Source of the DNA: Balanoglossus misakiensis
Lineage: Eukaryota; Animalia; Hemichordata
Assembly: GCA_040954595.2 (NCBI GenBank)
Contig: CM082576.2
Coordinates: 4,066,760-4,130,759 of the forward strand
DNA: 64,000 bases
Direction of reading: 5' to 3'
Shown here: positions 50,594 through 64,000 of the stretch, piece by piece
Position numbering within the stretch: position 1 is the stretch's first letter
Layout: every line of letters begins with the position of its first letter
Position numbers and translations under genes: made by a program
Notes under the pieces: model-generated
What the model saw: the letters and a program-made list of their open reading frames with translations, nothing else
Databases searched by the model: none
Told to the model about the DNA's origin: nothing

Positions 50594-51084
50594 AACTTGC
50601 ACTTGTAAATAGCTCAATGCATCACATACAATCTGGTATCATTTTTTTGCAATTTTAACGTTCTAAAATGATGTAAAGGTTCAAATGATCAAAAATGAAA
50701 TAAACCTTGTCATTTAGACCAGCAATGACTGAAATGTGGATTTGCCAGTGTCCTTATACAATATACCAAATCCTGCAAGAGATGGTCCCATTTGAAAGTT
50801 TACACTAGGACGTGGAATAAATTAAAATGATATCACTGTTTAGTAAGTGATGGGTCAACGCTTCTACACGCGATAAAACTGAGCAAATATTTCATCACTT
50901 GGGGCTGCTTGTGTAGAGGGGTACAGCCATCACCAAGTACCATAACGTTTAGCCATTCACTGGAAAGTACACTACGTGAAGATGTGTGTAGAAGTGGACC
51001 ACTGTCCATGTCCAGTGCTCTCCATTGTTTCATACATGCAAGTGTTCTGGGTGGATTTTTTCCTCTAGATTATGTGTTCACATC

Positions 51085-54000
51085 TTAGGGTGGTCCTCCA
51101 TGACTGTACTCTGAAGGATGCACCTCTGGTGTGTACGTCAACAGCACAATCATCACCCAAACATGGAGTAATATCTGGAGAAAAAAAAGCCAGCAAATAC
51201 AAACATTGTTATGGTTGACAAGTGAACATGAAACATCCAACTGATACATGAAAGCGAACCATGTGTGCTTGCAGGACATATCATGGAATATAAATATCTC
51301 TTTGTAAACTAAAAATGTGTTTATAACTGACAATATTTCATTAAAGCAATATCTGAGAATATTTTGGACACTATTGCTATATGATATCACTGCACATTTT
51401 ATTATATCTTTCAATTGGCAGTGGTTTCCTGGTACAAGACACCATGCATCAATGCAAAAAACTGCAGATACTAGGTTTAGACCCTGTGTGTAACATGTGC
51501 ACTGCTTACCATGTAAAATATAACAAAGAGTCTTGCAATGGGATATCTTCTGAGAAAGATGCCAAGTCTTACACTGAACCGATCCAGGGTATTGGCTGCC
51601 ACTTTCATTCCCCGCGTGACGCCAGTATCACCTGGATACTCGTACAGGAATGTGGGCATATTCCGTTGCCTTATTCCTAAACAAAGTGAAACAAGGAATG
51701 TAAACACCTGATACAAGGCACAAGAACCTATCCAGATGAAAATTGGAGGCCCAAGGTACTGAGGAGAATACTAAGCCTCACCAAAAAGTCGGAAACACTG
51801 TAATTATATCTACCTTCTTCAGTTTCTTCAAGCGTAACTGTGTGAGAACTATTTCTAATGGCTTTCACAGCTTCAGCTTCATGGCGTTGTTTCTGAAGAG
51901 AAAAGGACATGAGATGGGTTGGTTTTGTTATACAGAGTTGAATGAGACAACTGATGTTACAAAAAGGTGTACACTTGTATATCAAACAAGTATGGTTGTT
52001 TACATGTATCAAATCAGGTCCACTAACCATTATCATACAAGTTGATCAAGAGCTGGTTAAAACTGCCTGCCTATATTTACCACCACTTCAATAAAGTTCC
52101 TTGACCACCACACCTTTTTTTATCTTACCTCTAACCTCTCAAGCTGTAGGACGAGTGAGTTCTTCTCTGTGCTCAACGCTTCCAGCATGGTTTGTTTCTG
52201 TATGAGACTCTCTGTTAGAGCGTGCAGTCTGTTTTCCAGCTCACTCTGTGTTGTGGTACTCATCGTCTTTGTTGTCAGCTGCAGATCAAAACAAACAATG
52301 CTATATAGTATATGCTGAGACTCACTGGCAGCCATAGTAGATCATATTGCAAAACACACAATAATGTGGCATTCCTGCTTTGTAGAACATCTCTGACAAA
52401 CTGTTTCAGTTCTTGCGTACCCAGCAAGTTTAACCCTTTCACCACCATGGTTCAGTCCAAACCCATTGTTTCCTATGGTAAAGTTGGACCTCTAAAGAGG
52501 GAACTGGGGGTGAAAGGGTTAAGAAGTGCCACACCAGTCAGACAACTTCATTGGAAACTTTTTACGAATACCTGGTGTCTTAGTTTTTGTATTTCATCTT
52601 CTCTGTCCTGCAGTCTCACTTGGAAATTGGTCTTTTGCCTGAGCTGTTCTTGCTGCAAGTATTTCAGTTCATCATTCTTCTCCGCCAGCTCCGTTTCGAT
52701 TTCCTTGATCTGCCGCCTTCCGTCATTCAGCTCCCGCTCCAGATCTTGGATCTGTTCCTGTGCCATGTCGGAATCTGTTTGGGATTGGAATTCCAAGTCC
52801 TGCAGAGGCAATGAACACAGCCAGGGTTGCGTCACTCTGTCTGTCTTGGCAGTCTATTTCAGAAATGGCGACCCTTGAATTGAAATTGAATTGAAAAACA
52901 CAGGTCTCATGCTACACTACATTACCTGCATCTCAGACTTGAGCTGTTCCAGCTTCATCTTGGCTTGCTGCATTTCCTCCTTGGCATCGTCTCTTTCTTG
53001 ACGGACTTCTTCTAGTTCAATCTCGGACACGACACCCTTGTCGACTGATGGGTTAGTTTCTTTCAAACTGCTGATCAGCTTGTCCTTGGACTGAGGAAAT
53101 ACAGACGAATACCCGCATTACACGCTGATGTTGGTGGTAAACTTGACTCGTTACAACAGCATGGCCACATTGACTAACATAATTCAAACCCCAATCTACA
53201 ATGTCCACAGACTCGCTACTATACAGGACTCACCTGTAAGATTCTTGTAGCTTTTTGTTTGTAATCATTCATCTCCCCTCTCACAGAATCCAGATTACTC
53301 TTTGCTGTCTTCAACTGAGACGACAATTCATGAATATGGCCTATTCAAAGGGTTGAAGGAAAATACAATATGTGTGAATTGATTGTCATTAGTACATGTA
53401 CTTTGTCAGATGTCTGGTATAAATATTTTCTGTTAGATAAATCTGATTATAAGTGGGATCTTAAACGTAGAAATCCCTGATTTATCAAAGCTACAAAACG
53501 GGTGCATACCTTTCTCAATTTGGTATTTTTGTTGTGATACTTTCAAAGTCTCTGCCAGACTTCTGTTTTCTTGTTCCAGCCTCTGCTGCCTTGCCATGGC
53601 CTCAGCCTGTAATAGAGTGATGAGTTCATTAATGAAGTTATTGACGAGATGCAGGTGATGAGTGAATGTGAACAAAGACTCACATAGTTTTAAGAGACTC
53701 AACATTCACACAGAGATTATTCTCCATGCACAAATAACATTCTCCTCTCACCTGAGACATTTTGTAAGCTTCCTGTTCTCTTTTCAGAGCACCGTCACTT
53801 TCATATAACTTCTCCCTCAGAGAATCCAGGGCTTGACTCTGTATTCCACTGGAGTCGTCATGGTCTTTCAGTATCCTAACGAAAGTAGAATTTCAAATTT
53901 AGTTAGCGCCTCTTTTATTTTCACAGTTAGCACACAGTTTACCAATATTCCCCTCTCCATTTGCACTTTAAACATTCAAATCAATAAATGCGTCCCAGCA

Positions 54001-55382
54001 CCCAGACACTATCTCTCATTACTAACCGTTCATTTTCCATCTGTAAGCGTTCGCTAACTACGGCCTTAGCTTTCAATTCCTTGTCCGCATCTTCTAGCCT
54101 GACGCGGAGCACAGCGAGTTGGGAGTCCTTGGCCGACAGGGCTTCCATGAGATCTTCTTCCCGGCTTCTCATTTGCCGGATTATGCCATCCGATTCCGAC
54201 ATCTGAGAGCTCCTGCTGCTGATCTGATTTCGAAGTCTGCTCACTTCTACAGGAGCCATGGAAGGAGACACATGATTAAAGGTTAAAAGAGTACTAAACA
54301 TGGGAAGACAGAGGGTGCGCCAAGTTTTGCTGCAAATCACCCACTTTGGGAAACCACATTACCCGATCACTGCACACTCTTACCTTGTTGGGCTGATTTG
54401 GCCCTCTGCATCACAGAGGCCATTTCTTGGTTGAGCGAAGACACCTCATTTTTCAGGAGCTTATTCTCCAGTTCAAGTGAGGAGAGTTGCTGAGAGTGGG
54501 TGCTGGCGATATTTTCATGGTGCTGATCCGATGTCGGGTTATGCGTTGAATCCACCACATCTGTACCCACTGCACTGTCACTCCCATCAGTGTGGTCATC
54601 TGCTGTGAACAATCATAGGTGGCCAATTCAGAAGTGTACAGTGAAACCTGTCTATTAATTAAGGCCACATTTGGGAACAGAAAAAAGACTGTCCTTCATA
54701 CACAGGTAACAATCTTTTAAAATGTTTATGTCCTTAATAGAGAGATGTCTGAATTGATAAGACAGGATTTCAGAAGAACTGGTGGTTCAAACAAGGAGAC
54801 TGAGTTACCTGAGGGTTCTAGAGAGATGGTTATCCCCACACTGCCAGCATTGGAGGCGTTATCAGTTTTATCGGTCTTTGCACTTCTGGTTGAAGTTGTT
54901 GACGAGGTGCTGGACTGTCTTGAGTGGCGTCCGTTTCCTTTCTTCTTCTCCTTCCTGTCAGCGCTCAGCGTGTCCGGACTATTCAAGAATTCAAACAGCT
55001 TCTCGTCATCGTCTTTCTTTGGTTTGTGCTGAAAGGATTTGGCCGACTTGAACGGTGACTGGGCGGTGGTAGCTGCAGAAGAAGCAGCAGTTTTGGGCTG
55101 ATTCGGACTGTCGCCAACATTAGTCCTTTTGATGTTGCTGGTGTTCGCCAGATACGTGGCCAGATTGCCAGTGGAGACACTTTTGTTTATGATGGCCGCT
55201 TGCATGTCCTGCGGCTCGGTGGCACTTTTCCGTTGCGAGTCCACCACAACCGGACTTAGTTGGGCAGTTTTGATATCATGAACGGTTGTTGGCAACATAT
55301 TTTTGTCTTGATTCAACACGTCAGAGGTTGACTGGTCCATCTTGTTGAGTAGATCTTCAGCTTTTCCAAGTAACCATGCCAT
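51085..55382 (-). CDS. GOLGA5: Golgin-84 / golgin subfamily A member 5
   Basis: N-terminus MAWLLGKAEDLLNKMDQ. Coiled-coil exons include AKDSQLAVLRVRL and LTESLIQKQTMLEALSTEKNSLVLQLERLE. C-terminal anchor LGIFLRRYPIARLFVIFYM/ILLHVWVMIVLLTYTPEVH. A probable 5' UTR exon lies near 55862-55900. Confidence 0.95.
52434..52518. mobile_element. 85-bp piggyBac-type MITE in a GOLGA5 intron
   Basis: TTAA|ccctttcaccacca ... tgggggtgaaaggg|TTAA: 13/14-bp inverted repeats starting CCC, flanked by TTAA on both sides. Confidence 0.85.
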
Positions 55383-57115
55383 TTTCACCTAATACTCAGC
55401 AGTTTAGATGATATCCTTAGTAACAATGTCAACAAACTGGTGATCTTAAGACAGATGACGTCCTTGACCTTAAGGGTAAAGGAAAGGAAGAAAAGGAACT
55501 ATCTTCAACACATTTTAATATTCATACACACACTAGACAGTAGAATGATACTGTCTAAAGCTAAAACCAACAGGGTTGCATCTTATAAGTTGCTACCATT
55601 TACTTCCTTCCATATTTACTTCAGACAAATTTGTCTGTGTGAAGCTGGTCAAGGAAGGTAACAGTAATTTGTGTACATATACATATGAACAAAAATCAAA
55701 GGATACAGAGTCAGTCAGGGAATAGGCAGTAGTACTCTGGTGTCAGTTCTTATAACTATATTCGTAGACACCATCCACGCAGAATGTTTACGCTTCCTAG
55801 GAGGTATTGTAATATTCTGATATTTACGTGAACTTGTCTACTGCGATATAACAGGAACTTACTGCTGGGTACGTCGCGTCAGCTGATGATGAAAATGTCA
55901 ATGGCGTAGGTTTCTTGTTTATTTTATGCGCGCTGTCTGGGTGTTTCGTTTTCATTTTTCACAAGTCTTACATTTTATTAATAAGTGCGTCCATACATAC
56001 CTCTGTTGTGATATCTGGGTATTACTGTTGCGCACAGTAATTACAATTTCCCACGGTATTGACGTTCATTTTTCCGTTTTCCGGACCAAAACACGACGAC
56101 GTGGAGCAGATTTTCTGCGCATGTCAATATACCCAGAGTTCTCTCCTGTGACCTCTGACCTGTGACCCTAATGGCTGATGATGGACGGTGTTAGCCTGGG
56201 TTAATTCTCCGTCTACATGCGAGAGAAGGAACTGACTATTTTACCCTTTTCGAAACATATGCCTGTTGACATAATGGCTGTACAAAATCTCCTACTTTTT
56301 TGGCTCAGCATGATTTCTTTTCGCAGAGGACAGGAAACCCTGATGTGAAATTCTTGGTGAAAACGCGACCACACAACCGTGGTGAACTGAACATCAGTGT
56401 TGCAAGACTGTTCAACAGTTTTTGGCTAATTCGGCTGTTAGCTTTCAAGCTACATCTGACAGAATTTAAGGCGCATCATTCTGGATCACCAAAAAAACTT
56501 TCTGGAGTTATATGTTTTGCAATATTGACGGGGAGGGTCCACACAGTCTGAGGAGGGGCATATACGTTTAAACAGCGCCACCCCGTGGCAAAAGATAGAA
56601 ATATACCCTAAATCATGCATGTCAAGCCAAGGCTAGGCCAGGGCAATCTGATTGAGGCCAGGGGTACCATTTATGGGTCTTTCACTGCCGGATTTGCGGT
56701 GGCTATGCGTGAATTGATTGTTCTCCGAAGCCAATGATGGACTCGGCTTGCATCTGACGACTGTTCATTTTACAACTCGGGACAAAGGTAATCTACCGAA
56801 GTGTTTTGGATATCATGCCACAACAGTGGAAGTAGCTTAATTAATAGCCCCGAGCATTTCGCATCACTGAAACCTTATACATGTATATATCCTGAAACGC
56901 AGTTTTGCTGAGGCCAGGCGGTGATGGCGGTGTTTCATCGTGACAGTTGTGGGGTCATTGAGAGGTCATCGCGACGCAAAATGTGACCGCCAATGACCTC
57001 ACACATTCCACAATGGGACACGTACCTACAATACATTACGTTAATTTTTATCACCACGGCCTCGATCTGCAGAGTTGCGTTTCCATGTAATTCCAGCAGT
57101 TCCGTCTATTACCCC

Positions 57116-57203
57116 TAGCTGTGGAAACGCAGCTGTACCGTGGGGGGGGGGGGGGGGTACATGCTGACCCCCCTCCCGCAGTACAGCTGCGTTTGCACAG
57201 CTA
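57116..57203. mobile_element. Short hairpin MITE with TA at both ends
   Basis: tagctgtggaaacgcagctgtac ... gtacagctgcgtttgcacagcta: 22/23-bp inverted repeats around a G-run/C-run core. Confidence 0.75.
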
Positions 57204-58726
57204 TCTAATCCCAAACACCAGGCAAGTCGGATTATTATGCCCGGTGCCAGTGGTCAATCCCTCTGTAGACCAGCTAAAGTTTGTGTACCACTATGTCAAC
57301 ACACATTTTTGTCTCCATCTGATGCTCAAAATTTTGAAAATATAGTAACTAAATGTTGCACTTGGCCCTACACCAATTGATATATGACAAACATAGAGTG
57401 TGGCACCATATCGAAGACTCACGATTCCCTCACGTCACATCCGTTCAGAATATTGGTAATTTGGAGATTTATATAAATATATTGTTAACACGTGTAACAG
57501 CTAGTGCGGGAGCTTATGCTGCGGCATTCGGCGCCGGTTGACTGCAATGTTATCGTCTGAGGGCGCACTTCCCAGCTTTTCAGAAGAAAAATTAAATGTT
57601 CATATTTGTAAATTAAAAAAAATACGCCGTAATGAGCCACTTATGAATTCCTCCAATGCGATGTTCAGTGAAGATGTTAACACACTTGGGTTTGGATACC
57701 AGACTAGAAGTAGGGATGGAGTGATACAGACAAGTTTCGTAAATTGATTCCGTCCACAATCAAATACACGATTCTGTTCATGTATCAAAGCGTCTTCCCT
57801 CATCAATCATCAGTGATAGCCATAGTCGTATCAGAGATGTGGTGTTATGCCAATTACGTACGCACGACCATTTGGCTTCGAGTTTAATAGCATGAGCGTA
57901 AGGTGCATTAGTATGAATCGCTCTAAATAGTCGGCACAGCCGCATGCCAGATAATTGCGAGAAAAGTGTAAAAAGTCCGAAAAATGTTTGGCAGGCGCAC
58001 GGCAGAAATGTCGGTAACTCGATTGTGTGTGTTTTTTTTTAATGACATTTACTCAAGTCGCTAATACTGCAAGTACTGCATCGTCAACGTCAAGGAAAGT
58101 AGTACGTTAGTATCTTTGGATTGAAAAGCAGTTATGTTGCAAATTTCACCGAAATAAAAGGTTGATTTTCTACCACGAGATGCGACAATTTCGCCGTTCT
58201 CATGGTGTTGGTTCGTCGATCGGATTTTCGGGTCGGTTTCATACATCTGTGGCTATTATCCTTAGACTGATCACGATACCCATGAATGATAATCTCATGG
58301 GGAAAAACTAGACTTTTAGTAACGCGGGAGTTGTTTTGGCCTTTGGTTTACAACGATGTACAGAAATAGTCCATCCCCAGCTAAGTCCAGGATTAGTTTT
58401 TCCAACAATAGTAAAGACGCAGTGGGTTTGGGAAATGACGACATTTATTATAAAAATAACCTAAATACATGTATTTAAAATTTAATGTCTGTGATATTAA
58501 AGCATACTTGATTATATAGCCTACATGTACAAGCCACTCCTCATAGTTAATGCGTGCACCACCCCCGTCGCGTATTGGCGCTCGGGCCCGGGGGCGTGCT
58601 TTGCATATCCTAGTTGATCGAAAACTGACAGGTTTTTGTAAATTGCAGGTTTTTATTACGTGGTGTCCGCACAATACCAACATCACTTAACTCTCCAGAC
58701 TTGTTGCCCGTAAACCGCCTGCAGGG

Positions 58727-59376
58727 ATGAGGGTTGTTGCCTTGATAAGGTAAGTATTGTGTAACTGCAATACTGTACAGCCCCACGAGGAAATGGACAA
58801 GTTCTTGTGCCGAATTTTCAGAAAAGTTGAAGGGTTTTACTGTAACAGAAAAGGTTATTTTTGTTTACGGTGACTTTTAGTTGTTAAACATTTGCACAGA
58901 AGTTTTACCATTTGGCAGTCTCGGCACATAGATGCCGTTTAGTTGAACAAGTAATGGAAAACATGTTGTTACATGATTTGAGGTTCTGAAGTTTAAGTTC
59001 ATCGAAGTCAGTCTTCCCAACGAGCGAACACTGGACTTTTGAGGGGACCGTGGGCTGCGTGTGCGCACGTACGTTCCGCATACCATATCGCACCGTTCGC
59101 CGCATCCGATGATCATATATTATGCATTTAGGCTTACGTGACTTTTTTATCCTTCAGGACATTGCAACAGTTGGAGTGCACTATTATTTAATATTAAAAA
59201 TGTCATTCCGATATACGTCTTCATTGCAGCGGCGGTAAAGACAGCTGCTACAATATGATGCAGTGTGTAGCAGAAGGCCACGAACTTGTGGCACTGGCAA
59301 ATATGAGACCAAACATGAAAGGTAAATGAAAGTACTGTAAATCCCAAGTTGTAAATGGGGCTAGTGTTTACTGATT

Positions 59377-59419
<43 letters not shown>

Positions 59420-62400
59420 GGCTATCTGTCTGTCTGGCATGTTCAGAGAATTATTGCACCAGATTTGGCAAATTTTACTTTGAAGATACCAGTCCCACAC
59501 AGTTATGTGTGTCACACTGATTTATTGCTAATTTGCCAGTGATGCCACCCAATAACAGACACATGTATACGACCTTGTTCAATGGTGGGAATATATTTTT
59601 TGTCCACATCTGGGATGTCTGTATGGAAAATCCTGCTCTCTGTGAATGTGCCCTTGGATTGGAGTGGAGAGGTTGCCTGGTTTGTTTGCAGTCCACTTCT
59701 GGCTTAGGGGAGAACCATTTGATTTGGGGGGGGGATTTGTTGGCAGATGGTGTGGAGGGGAAAATATGCTTCTGCCTTGAGGAAAAAAGTGAGCTGTCAA
59801 TCAAAAAAATTGCTGTAACAGTGGCTGAAAAAAATCGCTGACATACCCAATCCTCACCCCCCCCCAAGAAATCAAATGGTCCTCCCCTTAGTAGACTCAA
59901 TGTCTGTGGGAGAGTTTTCTGCTAGTAACTGGCTTTATTATGGCGCTCTAATGATGGTGTGCTTGAGTTTGATTGATCAAGAATCATTTAATATTCAAAT
60001 TAGAGCAACCTGTTCAGGGCCTGGTCTCAATTTTTGTTTATGGTGATTATTTATTTACCAAAGATATCAAGGTCAGTTGAATGCTGCTGCTGCTGACAGA
60101 AGGTCACAATCTGTTACCGGTATTAAATGACATCCACTCACTAAGTTACCGGTGTTTTTAACAGTTTTCTCTTTTATTCCTCTAACGGCAAGATATCTGA
60201 GGTTGAAATTAAGACCAAAATTCAGCAGTCACTAGATTAAATTGGTAGCCAGAAGGATTTGACATACAAACACTTCAACTCCTCCAAACAACAGAAATTC
60301 CACAGCTTGATTTTCCCATCGCCCGAAATTTTTATTCAATTGGTGTATTTTTTTTAACCGCATTAAATATAGACTGGAAAATCCCTTGTTTGAGGGTGCT
60401 CAGGGAGTGCCTTAGAACGAGAAATTTTCTAGGCCATAATGGATAATGAATGACGTTTTTAGTCTGGTTTACTTGCAAATTTTTCATATTAAATTTGAAT
60501 TATAGTTAACATCATCGCAAATTGTAATATATAGATCACATTTTATAAGTACCTTATTGAATTATTTAGGATTTCACACACATGGTCCCAGCATAATTCA
60601 TGGTGTAACCTTGTACATGTCATCTGTTTTCTTGCTCAGATGAAATTGACAGTTACATGTTCCAGAGCGTTGGCCATGATGGCGTTGATCTGTATGCACA
60701 GGCTATGGATCTGCCAATCTTCAGAAGAACCATCTTTGGTGATGCCATTGTGCAAGAGAAGGATTATATTCCGGACCCAATGGATGAAGTGGAAGACCTG
60801 TTTCAGTTGTTGCACAACATAAAGGTATATTGGACGTTGAGATACTCCCCCCAAAAAGGAGAAACGCATTTCATTCATTCATTCATTCATTCATTCATTC
60901 ATTCATTCATTCATTCATTATTTCATTCATTCATTCATTCACTCACTCACTAACCAATTCATTCATTCACTCACTCACTCACTCACTCACTCTTTCATTC
61001 ATTCATTCATTCATTCACTCACTCACTAACCAATTCATTCACTCACTCACTCACTCACTCACTCTTTCATTCATTCATTCATTCATTCATTCATTCATTT
61101 ACTCACACACTCACTAATTCACTCACTCACTCATTCATTCATTCATTCATTCATTCATTCATTCATTCATTCATTCATTCATTCTGTACCTTTTACGTGG
61201 TGCATGTATATTTGTGACTTAAACAACTTATAGAAGCTGAGAATTAACTGATTGGTGAGGTTTAAAGGCACCATTCAATAGCAATTGTGTCTTCCATTGG
61301 AAGCTTGTCAAACTTTGTGTGAGTTAGTTTGTGGTCTTGTTGCAGCTTTCATGTTCATTGGCATTTTTTTCTCTACCTGTATTACTATTAGAGACACATT
61401 GATTTTGAAGCTGTGTCTGTTGGTGCAGTCTTGTCAGACTATCAGAGAATCCGTGTGGAAAACGTGTAAGTATAGATTCAGAGGTTTCATAGGGGTTGGG
61501 GTGTGTGGGTAGTGACAATTTGGGGAGATCAAACTCTTGTAGATGTTTTCTTTCACATCACAAATCGTGTCTGATTCATTGGAAGTTGATGATTTTGAGT
61601 CCAAATATAACAAACAGTGAAACCTGTCCTTGTGGACACCTCTATATTCAGGGTAAGGTTTTACAGATACTTGTATAAGCAATCTGATGAAAATCAGATG
61701 TAGGGTACTACGGCGACATCTTTAACATAGCAGTACGGCGACAGCATAAGAATACCATACCGTGAAGAAAAAAGACATCGCCATACCCTACATCTGATTA
61801 TCAGATTGAGATATAAGTTGCAATTTAGGATTAAGGATACATGTGCCTCTCCATTACTGCCATGATTTTCATGCCAGATGTTACCTGTGTTGATCGTATA
61901 TGGGATTAAAGTGTACTTAACACATTTTCTACACTCTCTCTCTCTCTCTCTCTCTTTGTTTTTTTTTTTTTTTTTGTCACAGCTGTAGCAGACTTGGCCT
62001 GGTGGCAATGGCATATCTGTGGAGGAGAGACCAGGAAGAATTGTTATTGGAAATGATTGCATGTCAGGTTAAAGCCATTGTTATCAAAGTGGCAGCCCTT
62101 GGTAAGAAAAGTAATTAACTTCAGAGTTGTTGCCCATTAGTGCTGCCATGTAGAAAATGTGTACGTTCATGATTGAAATGATAGAAAGTATAGCGAGCCA
62201 TAATTTAGGACATTTTGGATCAGAATAAGGGTAAGGATTAGGATTTAATGATATCAGAACATCTACATATAGAAGAATGAATAAGAGTTAATAAAACACA
62301 GGTACAAGTATCATTGGTATGCATTGTACATGTTCATGACTAGCTATTGGTGCTGTTTTAGTGTTTATTAAATAAGTACCAAAGAAAAACCTCCTTTATC

Positions 62401-63990
62401 TCACTAATAACATTCTGTACATGTTGAACAAAATTAGCAGCTCATGGGGCTTTACTGTATATGTTTCAATGTCTAGGATTGGAACCATCAAAACACCTCA
62501 GCAAGACCATAGAAGAAATCTATCCTCACATGGTTGACATGGTAAGTGGTTCAAGCTGTCAAAATAAGCAAGCTCTTTTTTTATCTCACCCTTGTCATGC
62601 AAAAAATGGACCTGACACAGTTTACACTTTCATTTACAAGATCATTTTGTAAAGTTCTGGGCTTTTTTACTGTTTCAGAAACTGAAATATGGTTTAAATG
62701 TGTGCGGGGAAGGTGGCGAGTATGAAACGTTCACTCTTGACTGTCCGTTATTCAAGAAGAAAATTGTAGTGTGAGTATTAAAAAACGTCTCAATAACACT
62801 TTTTTTCCTTGGTTAAAGGGACATCAGTTGTAGTTACCTTTTTCATTATTTTTGTTATGCATATTTTTGAGCATCCTGGATTATATTTGTTGCTCATTGG
62901 TCTCATGAATTTTTTTGATCAATTTTTTTTGTCATACACATGTAGGTACGAGTCTCAGACAGTGCTACATTCGGACAATTCAGTCACACCAGTAGCCTAC
63001 CTGAAACTGAAAAATATTGGTTTGGAAGAGAAACCTTGGGTGAGTACATGTAGATCACAGTGCAATATGATACATAGAACAACAATACTGGAAATACAGC
63101 TAATGTCCCTTTAAATAACCCTGTCTTTCTTATTCCCAGGACCCAAACCAAGACATGAAAGACAGACTACTGAGACTTCCAATGAAGAGAGGCTTCACTT
63201 TGATGAGTGAACTTTCCAACTGTGGTCAAATGTCACAACGTGTTGTGTCCAGCATCACACCACAATGGACTCCAGTGTTCAAAGTGAAACAACCACAGTT
63301 TCCAGGTTTGTATGCGGTGAAGCTCTGTTACCGCGTCTCTGAATATGTGCATGTTTGGATTTCTTTGACTCTAATTTCAGTGACCCAGACTACAGAATTT
63401 ATCGATTTTGCTCAGAATGATTTTTTTTTGTCATTTCTGGGGGGTCATTTTTGGATCAACAAGTTTTTCCAAGTACAAATGTTTACTTTAGCAAACATTT
63501 AGTGGGCTGTGAGTTTTCTTAACATTATGAGGCTTTCCATTTCAGCTGTGGTTCAACCGAGGGTGGTATGTGAGGATAACCAGACCGGTCACCTGTGTGT
63601 GTCAGGGATCAGTGCTTCTGGAAACGCAAGTACAGAAGATGGTATCAAAGATCTTGTGAAAACAGCCATGGAGAAACTCAAGGGTGAGATAATTTTTCCG
63701 TTTTGTAATGCTCAATTGGTAAGGACGACATGCCAAATAAAGTTTCAAATATTTCACTCATAAGGGTACATTTGTACATGCATGTACTATAGTTCTCCTG
63801 AGAATCATATTGTGTTTTTCTACAGACTAAGAGTGATACATATGTATTTTATTTCTACAGGTGCATTAGATAAACATGGCATGGAGATGGCTCACATCTT
63901 TCTGGTTCATCTGTACCTAAAAGACATGTCCAAGTTCAAAGACATCAACTCTGTTTACTGCCAGTACTTCTCTCTGAACCCACCAGCAAG
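58727..63990 (+). CDS. DPH6: Diphthine--ammonia ligase with a C-terminal RidA/YjgF-type extension; runs off the window end
   Basis: MRVVALIS|GGKDSCYNMMQC (PP-loop), DEIDSYMFQSVGH, VSVGAVLSDYQRIRVENV, AYLWRRDQEELL and CGEGGEYETFTLDCPLF. Later exons give HLYLKDMSKFKDINSVYCQYFSLNPPAR (RidA-like). At least 11 exons. Confidence 0.95.
59377..59435. repeat. (TCTG)n microsatellite
   Basis: Direct reading; lies in DPH6 intron 2. Confidence 0.95.
59707..59887. mobile_element. 181-bp PIF/Harbinger (Tourist)-type MITE
   Basis: TTA|ggggagaaccatttgattt ... aaatcaaatggtcctcccc|TTA: ~19-bp inverted repeats with one mismatch and a 3-bp TTA duplication. Confidence 0.85.
60871..61184. repeat. Compound (TCAT)n/(TCAC)n microsatellite
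   Basis: Direct reading; lies in DPH6 intron 3. It includes a duplicated sub-block tcactaaccaattcattc. Confidence 0.97.
61681..61807. mobile_element. ~127-bp foldback element / MITE in a DPH6 intron
   Basis: aatctgat..aatcagatgtagggta..cggcga pairs with tcgccataccctacatctgattatcagatt. No TSD identified. Confidence 0.65.
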
Positions 63991-64000
63991 GTAAAGTGTA

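Noticed and set aside
60830-61117. HSFI/HSLT-repeat ORF
   Set aside because: It is a translation of the (TCAT)/(TCAC) microsatellite in a DPH6 intron.

Overview
Intron-rich, AT-rich animal genomic DNA, probably a marine invertebrate deuterostome (inference from gene content and repeat style). I assembled the gene models by hand from splice sites, because the ORF track only shows fragments. In order: (1) a coiled-coil protein ending in an uncharacterised alpha/beta (TIR/SEFIR-like?) domain; (2) a 14-exon CYP46A1-like cytochrome P450 whose intron 11 is ~99% an 87-bp satellite array (~108 copies, 9.4 kb); (3) four 10-exon M14A metallocarboxypeptidases in a mirror arrangement (two minus, two plus) with different S1' specificity residues (K, L, Q, K); (4) inside intron 1 of the third carboxypeptidase, a ~5.2-kb element bounded by terminal inverted repeats that appears to carry its own promoter and a multi-exon antisense non-coding transcription unit built from duplicated mini-exon modules; (5) a small single-pass membrane protein; (6) two tandem LRR-only genes; (7) GOLGA5 (golgin-84); (8) the 5' part of DPH6 with a RidA-type extension. 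Several MITEs and microsatellites are also present. The best candidates for new biology are the inverted-repeat element with its spliced non-coding cargo, the satellite-filled P450 intron and its inverted seed monomer, and the diversified carboxypeptidase cluster. No database searches were run, so family assignments rest on motif recognition.
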